The notes under the pieces are model-generated. The model was not told where the DNA came from and did not search any database. It was given only the letters and a program-made list of their open reading frames with translations. DNA of 64,000 nucleotides from Algoriphagus sp. (GTDB lineage: Bacteria > Bacteroidota > Bacteroidia > Cytophagales > Cyclobacteriaceae), in the NCBI RefSeq assembly GCF_030694375.1, contig NZ_JAUXYL010000013.1, positions 62,366 through 126,365 on the forward strand, read 5' to 3'. Positions 48,831 to 58,644 of this stretch are shown here, piece after piece (the stretch's first letter is position 1; every line of letters begins with the position of its first letter). The translations under genes were made by a program, and so were the position numbers.

Positions 48831-51800
48831 GTGAAAAACCTCCACGATATACCACTGACTGAAGATATCCCAGGATATGTCGTGGAGGAAATTATCAAAG
48901 AATCCTTTCCCCATATTTTGTACCTCGCCTCCAGAAAAAAAGACGGCGTTCAGGTAGTCTTAAAAACTTTACTTGACCAATATCCCAAAAAAGAACACTT
49001 ATCCAGTCTTCGTAGAGAATATCAAATCATCACCAAACTGCAGGGAGAAGGGATCATTGCGGTAAACGCTTTGGTCAATTTCGGAAATGGCAAATCGGCC
49101 ATTGAAATGGAACGGTTTGGAATCTCTCTCGAAGAACATAGTGCAGCCTTTCCAGGTCAAATTTTACCCCTTGACCAATTTTTTACACTTGCTATTCCTC
49201 TGGTTAAGTCTCTGGGCAATATGCACGAAAAAGGGATTGTTCATAAAGATCTCGTCCCGCGAAATATTCTGATCGATCCCCACTCCGCCGATTTTCGGCT
49301 GATTGATTTCAGTGCTTCATCTGAGCTTTCCAGAGAGCATCAGGATGTTGCTTTTCTAAACAATATCGAAGGCTCACTTCCCTACATGGCACCGGAACAA
49401 ACCGGAAGAATGAACCGCGACATTGATTACCGGACAGATTACTATACGCTCGGCATTTCTTTCTTTCAACTTCTCACAGGCAAGCTTCCATTCAATGCCA
49501 AAGATGCCTTGGAGTGGGTTCACTGCCACATCAGCAAGCAAGCTCCCGCGCCTGTAAGCATTGATGGCACCATTCCAAAAATGGTATCAGCCATCATCGA
49601 AAAACTGATGGCAAAAAATGCCGAAGACCGTTACCAAAGCAGTTTTGGACTGGTATTGGACTTGGAAAAAGCGCGTGAAAACTTCCAAAACGGGGTAAAT
49701 CCGGATGCTTTTTCGCTGGGCCTTTCGGATGTTTCCCAGCTTTTTCAAATTCCTCAACGCCTCTATGGAAGAGCTCAAGAGCTTCAAAAGCTGGAGACTT
49801 TCTTTGAAAATACCAGCTCAGGTTCAGTGGAATTCTGTTTGGTGTCAGGCTACTCAGGCGTCGGAAAATCTGTATTGGTCCAAGAATTAGGTCGGTCCAT
49901 TGCCAAAAAAAGAGGATACCTCATTCACGGAAAGTTTGATCAGTTTCGACAAAATGCCGCTTATATCGCGATAGCAAGTGCATTTCGGGATTTGATCCGG
50001 CAATTGTTGGGCGAACCCAAAGAACGACTGGACGAATGGAACACAAAAATATCCTCCGCACTCGATACCAACGGACAACTGATAGTGGATTTGATTCCCG
50101 AATTGGAACTGATCATCGGAAAACAGGCCCAGGTACAGGAACTTTCTCCGGCAGAAACCCAAAACCGGTTTTTGATACTCTTTCTGAACTTCGTTAAAGT
50201 TTTTGCTACAGCAGATCACCCCTTGGTTATTTTTCTTGATGACCTGCAGTGGAGTGACATCCCTACTCTCAACCTGATCAACAGATTGGTCACCGCCCAA
50301 GAACAAAGTCACTTGTTGTTGATCGGTGCCTATCGCGACAACGCCGTAGATGCCACCCATCCCTTGATTTTGACTTTGGAAGAAATCAAGAAAAAGCGAA
50401 ACGTGGGAATGCTTCCACTTCAGCCGCTAACGCAAGAGGCCGTAGATCAGATCATCATGGACACCTTACTTTGCGACCATTCAAGATCTGAATCCCTCAG
50501 TGCTGTATTGTATGAAAAGACTGGTGGAAATCCATTTTTCACTATCGAATTGTTGAAGGACTTGCATGAACGGGGAGTCATCGTTTTCAATCTGAATAAA
50601 GGAGCATGGGATTGGGATCTGAATGCCGTAAAAAATGTTGAAAACAGTGATAGCGTGATTGATTTTTTGGTTTCGGGTCAGCACAGATTGAATGAATCAA
50701 CGCAACATGTCTTACAATTGGCAGCTTGTATCGGTGCTACATTCGACCTCAAAACCCTTTCTATAATCCGTGAAGGAAGTATGGAAACTACCGCGGCAGA
50801 ACTGTATGAGGCCATCAAATCCAACATGGTCATTCCGCTGAATGAAAACTATAAATATGTAGGGGTTGCATTTGCCACGAAAAACGAAGAAATACAAGAC
50901 TTTAGCGAAACTGGCTCTGATCTTCTCAATCCGATCTACAAATTTCAACATGACCGCGTGCAACAGGCTGCCTATTCTACGATTCCAAAGGAAAAGCGGC
51001 AGGCCTTACACCTTTCTATAGGAAGGTTGATACTTGCCCACACGACTGCAAAAGAACTCGACGAGGTCTTGGTAGATGTGGTCGGTCACTTAAATGAGGG
51101 TAGGACTTTAATTCATGATCCCAAAGAACGCAGGGAATTTTCCCGCCTGAATCTGGAAGCTGGAATCAAAGCCCGTCATTCTTCTGCCTATGACGCCGCA
51201 CTGGGTTATCTAAAGATCAGCTTTGAAATGCTGGATGAAAATTCCTGGGAAAATGACTACGCGCTCATGTGGAGACTCAGTGAAGAATTGCAAAGCTGCT
51301 ATTACCTGACCGGAGATTGGAAAAATGCGGATGACTGGACCGAAGTCATGCTCAAAAATGCAAGAACACCTGTTGAAAAAGGGCTGGTCTTGGCAGTAAG
51401 AACTCGGCAGTACGCCACTATCGGTAAACTTCCCGAATCTATAAAAGCCGCCTATCAGGGACTTGCCATTCTGGGGTTCAATTTTATCCAAGTTCCCGAC
51501 TCCAAAAATGTCGCCGAGGAAGTCCAGCTTGTCACTGAAAACCTCAAGGGAAAAGAAGTCGCTGACCTCATCAACAATCCTGAAATCACTGACGAAAAAG
51601 CGAAAATTGCCAGTCAACTTCTGATGGAAATTTTTCCGGCAGCTTTCCTTTCAGGGACCGGCAGAATGTTTCCCTACCTGGTGCTGAAATCTGTCAATAT
51701 CGCATTAAAATACGGCAACAGTCCTGAGACGGCCTTTGCCTATGCAGGCTATGCCATGCTCCTATCGGGGTATTTTGAAGATCCCGCTGAAGGCTATAAA

Positions 51801-54251
51801 TACGGTAAACTGGCTGTGAATCTGATTGAAAAGTTCGACGACATTTCCCTAAGGTCTAGAATCATCTATGTCTACACCATGTTTGTCCATCACTGGAGCA
51901 ATCACTGGTCCAGTATGACGACTTGGTTTCAACGAGGCATCAAAGCCGGCTACCAATCCGGTGACTTATTGTATTTGGCATACAGTGCGCAGGATTGTAT
52001 CATCTGGGATCCGACCCTTGATTTGGAAACTGCCTCCCGGGAACAGCGAAAACTACTCGTCATTGTAAAAGAATGTGAGTACCAGGACTCCTATGATTCC
52101 GGCACACTCTTTCTGCAAATGCAGCAAAACTTCCAGGGACTGACCAAAAGTCAATTCACATTGACTGATGAGAATTTTGACGAAATGGAGTGTGTGAGCG
52201 GGATGTTGGAGCGGCATTTCATGACCGGAATCGCTAATTACCACATCTATAAAGCAGAAATTCACCTATTTTACAATGATCCTGCAGGGGCAATGCCTCA
52301 TATTAAAGAACAGGAAAAATTGATGGCATCCGTGATGTCATTACCCCAATCCGTGAGATTTCAGATCGTCGCATTTTTAGTCAGATCGATGCTGCTTTCC
52401 AATCTGGAATTGGAAGAACAAGAGTCGGTAATTTTAATCTTGCACCAAGAGCTGGAGAAAATGGCCAAATGGGCCAAAACTTGCCCTGAAAACTTCGAAC
52501 ACCTGCGATTACTAATGGAGGCCGAACTTAGCGGCCATTCAGGCAGAATCAGCGAGGCCTTGCATCTGTATGAACAATCCATCCAACATGCCAATAAAAA
52601 TGGATTTATAAGAGACGAAGCTATGGCAAACGAACTGACTGCCCAGTTTCTGATCCGAAACGCTTTGCCGAAAGCTTCCGAAGGGTACCTGCTTGCCTCC
52701 CATTACCTCTACTATCGATGGGGAGCTTACAGAAAAACCCAGGAGATGGAGAAAAAATATCAGGTTTTCAGGACTTCTTCACAATACAACAGCTCCTCTT
52801 TGTCCCGGCAAAATTTAAGCGCGCCAGGAACCATGGGTTCTGATTCGCTCAATGCAGATTTCTTGGATATGAGCTCCGTTTTTCGAGCTTCTCAGATAAT
52901 TTCCGGGGAGTTGGTGTTGGGAAAGCTACTGAAAGCAACTTTGCAAATCCTAATTGAAAATGCTGGGGCCAAAAAAGGATTCTTGGTCGAACAGAAGGAT
53001 GGAACTTTGGTGGTACTGGCACAAAACGATGCGGATCATCCAGAAGAAGTTATTCCTGTCCAAGTCGCTGGAAAAGCAGATCCATCCTTAATTCCCACTT
53101 CCCTGATCAACACGGCATTGCGAACCAATAAGCCGATTGTGATCGGGAATGCCCGTGAGCAGAACTCCTTTTCCTCAGATCCCTACATCATTCATCAGAA
53201 GCCACTTTCAATGATGTGCGTGCCACTTTCCACACATAATCAGGGAAATGTAGCAGTCTATCTGGAAAATAACCTGACGCACAGTGCTTTTACAGAGGAT
53301 CGGGTCAAAGTAATCAAATTGCTGGCTGCCCAAGCGGCCATTTCCATCGAAAATGCCCGAATCTACGAACAGCAAGAAAAACTCCTGAAAGCACAGCAGC
53401 ATTTTGTTCCTATTCAATTTCTGAAGCACTTGGGACATAATGACATTGCCAAAGTTAAACTGGGAGAATCGGTCTCCATGGATATGTCAGTCCTCTTCTC
53501 TGACATTCGGAATTTCACTCCTTTGGTAGAGTTACTCACGCCGCAATCTGTGATTGAGCTACTTAATGAATACTTCAACCACCTCGGGAAACACATTTCG
53601 GAGTCTGGTGGATTTATTGACTCTTATTCAGGAGATGAGTTTTTGGCACTTTTTGCTGTTCCTGCACAGCAAGCTGTAGAGGCCGGAGTCAACATGGCTG
53701 CAGCACTTCGGAAATTCAACCTGGAATCCGAGTTCAAGGGCCGTCCAATCCTGAAAATGGGTATCGGAGTCAATACAGGCCCTTTGGTCTTGGGGACGAT
53801 GGGGGCATACGACCGAATGCAATGTTCTGTGTTGGGTGATACCGTCAACCTGGCCTCCAGGATCGAGCAACTCACCAAAGTCTATGGTGCCCAATTTCTG
53901 ATCGGGGAAAATACCTTTCAATCTTTGGGAGATCCTGATCAGTTTTCCATCCGAATGGTAGACCGAGTAGCTGTAAAAGGAAAAGCACAGGCGGTAAGCC
54001 TCTACGAGGTAATCGACGCAGAAAGCCCGGAGCGGAAAGAAATCAAAGAAGCGACAAAAAGCCTACTCCAAGCCGGCATGAATGCCTATTTCGGCAGGGA
54101 CTTTGCCTTAGCCTTTGAAATTTTTTCAAAAGGAACGCTCCAAGATGCAGAGGATCCGGTGTTTGAAATTTTCATCAATCGGTCTCAACGATATCTCGAA
54201 AACCCTCCACCGGAAGATTGGAAGGGGTATGAGAGCCTCTTTTCCAAATAG
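48831..54251 (+). CDS. Multidomain Ser/Thr-kinase-like, AAA ATPase, helical, GAF and class III nucleotidyl cyclase protein
   Basis: VVLK, HKDLVPRNIL, DFS and YMAPEQTGRMNR (kinase). SGYSGVGKS and IFLDDLQW (Walker A/B). GAF: ENAGAKKG...LLAAQAAISIENA. Cyclase: VLFSDIRNFT, GDEFLALF, GIGVNTG and GDTVNLASRIE. Confidence 0.9.
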   Translation: MKNLHDIPLTEDIPGYVVEEIIKESFPHILYLASRKKDGVQVVLKTLLDQYPKKEHLSSLRREYQIITKLQGEGIIAVNALVNFGNGKSAIEMERFGISLEEHSAAFPGQILPLDQFFTLAIPLVKSLGNMHEKGIVHKDLVPRNILIDPHSADFRLIDFSASSELSREHQDVAFLNNIEGSLPYMAPEQTGRMNRDIDYRTDYYTLGISFFQLLTGKLPFNAKDALEWVHCHISKQAPAPVSIDGTIPKMVSAIIEKLMAKNAEDRYQSSFGLVLDLEKARENFQNGVNPDAFSLGLSDVSQLFQIPQRLYGRAQELQKLETFFENTSSGSVEFCLVSGYSGVGKSVLVQELGRSIAKKRGYLIHGKFDQFRQNAAYIAIASAFRDLIRQLLGEPKERLDEWNTKISSALDTNGQLIVDLIPELELIIGKQAQVQELSPAETQNRFLILFLNFVKVFATADHPLVIFLDDLQWSDIPTLNLINRLVTAQEQSHLLLIGAYRDNAVDATHPLILTLEEIKKKRNVGMLPLQPLTQEAVDQIIMDTLLCDHSRSESLSAVLYEKTGGNPFFTIELLKDLHERGVIVFNLNKGAWDWDLNAVKNVENSDSVIDFLVSGQHRLNESTQHVLQLAACIGATFDLKTLSIIREGSMETTAAELYEAIKSNMVIPLNENYKYVGVAFATKNEEIQDFSETGSDLLNPIYKFQHDRVQQAAYSTIPKEKRQALHLSIGRLILAHTTAKELDEVLVDVVGHLNEGRTLIHDPKERREFSRLNLEAGIKARHSSAYDAALGYLKISFEMLDENSWENDYALMWRLSEELQSCYYLTGDWKNADDWTEVMLKNARTPVEKGLVLAVRTRQYATIGKLPESIKAAYQGLAILGFNFIQVPDSKNVAEEVQLVTENLKGKEVADLINNPEITDEKAKIASQLLMEIFPAAFLSGTGRMFPYLVLKSVNIALKYGNSPETAFAYAGYAMLLSGYFEDPAEGYKYGKLAVNLIEKFDDISLRSRIIYVYTMFVHHWSNHWSSMTTWFQRGIKAGYQSGDLLYLAYSAQDCIIWDPTLDLETASREQRKLLVIVKECEYQDSYDSGTLFLQMQQNFQGLTKSQFTLTDENFDEMECVSGMLERHFMTGIANYHIYKAEIHLFYNDPAGAMPHIKEQEKLMASVMSLPQSVRFQIVAFLVRSMLLSNLELEEQESVILILHQELEKMAKWAKTCPENFEHLRLLMEAELSGHSGRISEALHLYEQSIQHANKNGFIRDEAMANELTAQFLIRNALPKASEGYLLASHYLYYRWGAYRKTQEMEKKYQVFRTSSQYNSSSLSRQNLSAPGTMGSDSLNADFLDMSSVFRASQIISGELVLGKLLKATLQILIENAGAKKGFLVEQKDGTLVVLAQNDADHPEEVIPVQVAGKADPSLIPTSLINTALRTNKPIVIGNAREQNSFSSDPYIIHQKPLSMMCVPLSTHNQGNVAVYLENNLTHSAFTEDRVKVIKLLAAQAAISIENARIYEQQEKLLKAQQHFVPIQFLKHLGHNDIAKVKLGESVSMDMSVLFSDIRNFTPLVELLTPQSVIELLNEYFNHLGKHISESGGFIDSYSGDEFLALFAVPAQQAVEAGVNMAAALRKFNLESEFKGRPILKMGIGVNTGPLVLGTMGAYDRMQCSVLGDTVNLASRIEQLTKVYGAQFLIGENTFQSLGDPDQFSIRMVDRVAVKGKAQAVSLYEVIDAESPERKEIKEATKSLLQAGMNAYFGRDFALAFEIFSKGTLQDAEDPVFEIFINRSQRYLENPPPEDWKGYESLFSK

Positions 54252-54380
54252 TCTCACAGTGACCTATTTTTCTTACCTTAAAAGAAAATAGATACGGGTA
54301 CAGGCATAGCTTTTAAAACCACTCAATAAAGGACCACGATAAATGGATTTTTTTTCTCGCAACAAAATGGAAACAATTTC

Positions 54381-55352
54381 ATGAAGGCTTTTCGACTAGG
54401 CGTAGTAATGGATCCCATCGAATCCATCAATCCAAAAAAAGACACTTCACTTGCACTCATGATCGAAGCACAGTCAAGAGGCTGGGACTTGGTTTATCTT
54501 GAGATGAAAGACCTATTTCTAAGAAGCGGTCGTGCAGAAGCAAGAATGCGTCAGGTCAAAGTCTTTGATGACCCGCATCATTGGTATGAAATCGGAGTTG
54601 AAACCTACGGCAGTCTTTCAGAATTGGATGCCATCATGATGCGAAAGGATCCTCCTTTTGACATAGAATACATCATGGCAACTTATATTCTCGAACGTGC
54701 CGAATCCGAAGGCGTGTTGGTCCTCAATCGGGCCCAGTCACTCCGCGATGTCAATGAGAAGGTTTTCACGGCTTGGTTTCCTCAGTGCTGCCCTGCCAGC
54801 CTATTGACACGTTCTAAATCGGCCATTAAAGATTTTCTCCAAACTCATCACAAAATCGTCGTAAAACCCACCGCTAAAATGGGGGGACAGTCAATTTTTG
54901 TGATTGCAGAAGGAGACCCGAATACCAATGTCATCATCGAAGAATTGACCCAACGGGAAACCTGCTACATACAGGCACAAGCCTATATTCCTGAAATCTC
55001 GACTAAAGGCGACAAGCGAATCATATTAATCGACGGAGAGGCCGTGGAATATGGCATTGCACGAATCCCGGGAGCAGGTGATCATCGCGGAAATCTAGCC
55101 GTCGGAGCTACCGCAGAGGGATTTGAATTGACTGAACGGGATAAATGGATATGCGCTCAAATTGGCCCGGAACTAAAACAGCGGGGCTTGTTTTTCGTCG
55201 GAATCGATGTAATCGGAGATTACCTGACTGAAATCAATGTGACCAGCCCTACCGGCATCAAAGAAATCGGCAAAATTTTCCACATCAACATTGGCGCAAA
55301 ATTTTTTGAGGCACTTGAAAACAAGCTTTCCACCCAGAAAAATAAACCATGA
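54381..55352 (+). CDS. gshB: Glutathione synthetase (prokaryotic ATP-grasp type)
   Basis: VVMDPIESINPKKDTS, MRKDPPFD.EYI..T, NEK, KP...MGG, GDKRI, RGNLAVG and TEINVTSPTG. Confidence 0.94.
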   Translation: MKAFRLGVVMDPIESINPKKDTSLALMIEAQSRGWDLVYLEMKDLFLRSGRAEARMRQVKVFDDPHHWYEIGVETYGSLSELDAIMMRKDPPFDIEYIMATYILERAESEGVLVLNRAQSLRDVNEKVFTAWFPQCCPASLLTRSKSAIKDFLQTHHKIVVKPTAKMGGQSIFVIAEGDPNTNVIIEELTQRETCYIQAQAYIPEISTKGDKRIILIDGEAVEYGIARIPGAGDHRGNLAVGATAEGFELTERDKWICAQIGPELKQRGLFFVGIDVIGDYLTEINVTSPTGIKEIGKIFHINIGAKFFEALENKLSTQKNKP

Positions 55353-56419
55353 TTTCGCCCTTAAGCAACCAAACAGCTCAGGTCGTAGATTGGTGGTTTA
55401 TTTACAAATTACCCATCAAAATCGGACCCCATAAGAACAGCACCGGTTTTGAATTTTTGTACTCAGATTCGCTTCCCGAAAACGGATTGAAGCTTTCGCC
55501 TATTTCACTGGATCATCCCGAGTCAGCCTTGGGTTTGACTTTGGAGCAAATTTTTTCCCCAGATTCAGGCTACGGATATATACTCTGGAACGACGAAATC
55601 CCCCCAACTCCGGGAAATCCTAAGCCCAAAAACAAAGGATCCATGGGACATACCAAAGGAATTTTAGCCTTTTCCAAAAAATCCAACAGTGGATTTTATT
55701 TGCTTCATTCTACGCCAAGATTCCCTATTCCGGGTGCTACCGTTCTTCCCGATTACGAACGGAAATTTGGACAAACCTATCTTTGTGTAAGCTTAAAGGA
55801 TTATGACACTGCAAATCAGATTGCTGGAATTTTGCATTCCCAGCATGAGGCACAAGTCTATGCGAGCCACCTACCGGAGACCGATCCTGATGAAAATCTC
55901 TCCAAATTCGCAAAAAGTGAAACTGTAGATAAACCCATTCAACCTATTCATTTTCAATTTAATACTCACAATGGAATCGAGTTTAACTTGATAGCCAAAA
56001 ACAGGAGATGGAGCAAAGCTCCAAAGGGAAGTAAAGTCGGAAGGGACTTCTGGAAGGATCTGATTGGCCCTACGCTTAAGTGTGACATAGATGTGGAATC
56101 CTGGCGGAGAGGCATCGTATTCGGTGATTTGGATTCCGAAGTACAGGATATTACAGAGGACATTGTGGATGTGGATCTCAGCAAAATCGGATTGGCAGGA
56201 TTTTCTTGGGCATTCGAAAAAGACCATGCGAAATGGGGAATTACTCCGAGTATCGAACCGGGATACATTATCGTATCCGACATCAACCGACAACTCAGCC
56301 AAGCCAACCGTGGCGGAGGCGGTTTGGCTTTTCGGGATACCGACCTTTGGAATTTCCTTGATCAAATCCAGATTGTTGAAAAAAATATTGAATCCGATCC
56401 TCACAAAGACCTATCCTAA
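55349..56419 (+). CDS. Deoxyribonuclease II family nuclease (PLD fold), no evident signal peptide
   Basis: VDWWFIYKLP, GHTKG, LHSTPRFP, GQTYLCVS, KDHAKW and DINRQLSQANRGGG correspond in order to the DNase II motifs. ATGA overlap with gshB. Confidence 0.88.
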   Translation: MISPLSNQTAQVVDWWFIYKLPIKIGPHKNSTGFEFLYSDSLPENGLKLSPISLDHPESALGLTLEQIFSPDSGYGYILWNDEIPPTPGNPKPKNKGSMGHTKGILAFSKKSNSGFYLLHSTPRFPIPGATVLPDYERKFGQTYLCVSLKDYDTANQIAGILHSQHEAQVYASHLPETDPDENLSKFAKSETVDKPIQPIHFQFNTHNGIEFNLIAKNRRWSKAPKGSKVGRDFWKDLIGPTLKCDIDVESWRRGIVFGDLDSEVQDITEDIVDVDLSKIGLAGFSWAFEKDHAKWGITPSIEPGYIIVSDINRQLSQANRGGGGLAFRDTDLWNFLDQIQIVEKNIESDPHKDLS

Positions 56420-56446
56420 CTGAATACTTTTTTGTCATCTGAACCA

Positions 56447-57811
56447 ATGAAAATTGAAAAACTTACGCTCGATGGATGTCGAAATTTTCTCGCGCAAACT
56501 CTTTTTGAACCTAAGACTGATTCGGGTGCGTCTCAAAAAAATTCGGATAAAATAGGCGTTGAACTGGAAGCTTTCCCTGTTCGGTTTACAGACTATGAAA
56601 AAACTAAAGCTATTCCAATCCCGCTGAAAGGTGAGAAATTATCCTTGCATCAAGAACTGGAAAAAGCCTCCGTCTTGATGGATGGAAAAGTTGATTTTAG
56701 CAACAATGGAAGTCTCGCTCCAATCAGATTCCCGAACGGAAGTTTGTTTCAATATGAGCCGGGAGGACAACTGGAAATTGCCACCTCTCCCTGTAAAACC
56801 CTGCCGGAGTTGATCGCTCAGCTCAGACTTCAACAGGATATTTTAGACCGTATTACAAGCGAACATCAGATATACTTTTCCCAATTGGGCACAAATCCAT
56901 GGTTTGATCTCACACAAATCGGACTTCAATTAGACAAGCCCCGGTACCGGGCATTGCAAGAATACTTTTCCCGATTGGGTCCATATGGTGTTCAAATGAT
57001 GCGGCAGACTTGTTCGCTTCATGTCAATCTAGACCTGGGATTGGCTGAATCAACCCAAGTTAAACGGATTGTGGCGGCAAATCTTTTGGCACCGTTTGCC
57101 ACGGCAATTTTCGCCAATTCAGGGATTTTGGAAGGGAAAATTACCACTCGGAAATCACATCGAAGCTATCTGTGGCAACAACTTGATTCCTCAAGAACAG
57201 GGATAAGAGGACTTGAACCCTTTGATGGACTACCCGAAAAAAGTCAGCTAATAGAAACGTATCTGGATTTTGCCATGAAGGCTCCAATCCTTCATATCAA
57301 GGCCTTGGGAGATCGTGTTTTCCCGGTTGATTTCACTTTTGACTCTTGGTTAAAAAATCCTATCGCGGGACTTTCTCCATCATGGGACGACTTGGAAAAT
57401 CATCTATCCTTACTTTATCCTGAAGTAAGAATTAAAGGATTTTTGGAAATCAGAACGGCAGATGCATTACCCCGGGAATGGCAATTGGTACCTGCATTTT
57501 TTTATACAGGTCTTCTCTATTCCAATGATTCCTTGGAAAAAGTGTTGGAATTGCTTTTGCCATTTCAGAAAGAAATCAACGCACTTTGGGAGAAATCATC
57601 CTTTGGATTTGAATCCAATGAGATCTTTGGAATATCCGGTAAATTGATGAAGCTGGCTTTGGACGGGATGGCTGGCTTCGAAGAGGAATTTGCCTGCAAG
57701 GATTCGAAATTAAATTTGGAAAATTATTACAACACCTTCACCTCACAACGAAAATCTGTTGCTGAAGCGACGGTTGCAAGATTTTTAGAAGGTAAATCAT
57801 TGATTTATTGA
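56447..57811 (+). CDS. gshA: Glutamate-cysteine ligase (GCS2/EgtA/plant-type)
   Basis: IGVELE, YEPGGQLE, MMRQTCSLHVNLD, IFANS, RSYLW..LD..RTG and HLS.LYPEVR.KGFLEIRTAD. Start placed at ATG 56447. Confidence 0.88.
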   Translation: MKIEKLTLDGCRNFLAQTLFEPKTDSGASQKNSDKIGVELEAFPVRFTDYEKTKAIPIPLKGEKLSLHQELEKASVLMDGKVDFSNNGSLAPIRFPNGSLFQYEPGGQLEIATSPCKTLPELIAQLRLQQDILDRITSEHQIYFSQLGTNPWFDLTQIGLQLDKPRYRALQEYFSRLGPYGVQMMRQTCSLHVNLDLGLAESTQVKRIVAANLLAPFATAIFANSGILEGKITTRKSHRSYLWQQLDSSRTGIRGLEPFDGLPEKSQLIETYLDFAMKAPILHIKALGDRVFPVDFTFDSWLKNPIAGLSPSWDDLENHLSLLYPEVRIKGFLEIRTADALPREWQLVPAFFYTGLLYSNDSLEKVLELLLPFQKEINALWEKSSFGFESNEIFGISGKLMKLALDGMAGFEEEFACKDSKLNLENYYNTFTSQRKSVAEATVARFLEGKSLIY

Positions 57812-57870
57812 TTCATTATTCTAACTTCTGGATTATTCTATTCACATATTTTTAACCCAACAAATCTTAC

Positions 57871-58644
57871 ATGACCGATTTTTCCCCACTTCAAAAAGTC
57901 ATTCCTGCCATCAAATCAGAAAACCTGCTGCCGATTGTGGTTTTTGACTTGGACGACACACTGTTCTCAACTGCCCGCAGAAACTTGACCATTATTCAGA
58001 ATTTTGCCGCGGACCAGGGAGATCAATTTCCTGATTTTGCAAAAGTAGCTGCCAAGCTGAGCCTCTCCGACATGAATTGGAGTGTGAAGTTTGCACTTAC
58101 CCAAGCCGGATTAGATGCTAATTCTGCCTCAATCGCCCCTTTCATTACCTATTGGGGCAATACTTTTTTCACCGATGACTATGCTTCACTTGATTTGCCA
58201 AATCCCGGCGCTGTCGACTTTGCAAATGCCTGCCATGATGCCGGAGCGATGATATTCTACCTCACCGGTCGACATATCGGAGATCCCGGGCTGAAAAACG
58301 GAATGGGACTGGGAACTGCTCTGGATTTTACCAATAGAGGATTCCCATTTTGGAAAGGCCGTTGCGAATTGAAATTGAAAAAAGAGAAAACCCAAACCGA
58401 TGTGGACTACAAATCTGAAGCTTTGGCTGAGATCAACTCCTTAAAGGGTACTGTTGTGGCGACCTTTGACAATGAGCCTGGAAACTCAGTTTTATTCAAC
58501 CAACATTATCCAAATGCATTGAACTTTTGGGTGAAAACCACCTGGAATCCCAATGATAAAGTCAGTACTGAGGGACTGAATGTGATTTCTGACTTTTCAA
58601 ATTGGCAGACTCCTGCAAGCAACTATTCATCCCAAAAACCATGA
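57871..58644 (+). CDS. HAD-superfamily phosphatase (minimal cap; class IIIB / Pnkp-phosphatase-like)
   Basis: Motif I FDLDDTL, motif II YLTGR, Lys in DYK, motif IV FDNEP. Confidence 0.85.
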   Translation: MTDFSPLQKVIPAIKSENLLPIVVFDLDDTLFSTARRNLTIIQNFAADQGDQFPDFAKVAAKLSLSDMNWSVKFALTQAGLDANSASIAPFITYWGNTFFTDDYASLDLPNPGAVDFANACHDAGAMIFYLTGRHIGDPGLKNGMGLGTALDFTNRGFPFWKGRCELKLKKEKTQTDVDYKSEALAEINSLKGTVVATFDNEPGNSVLFNQHYPNALNFWVKTTWNPNDKVSTEGLNVISDFSNWQTPASNYSSQKP

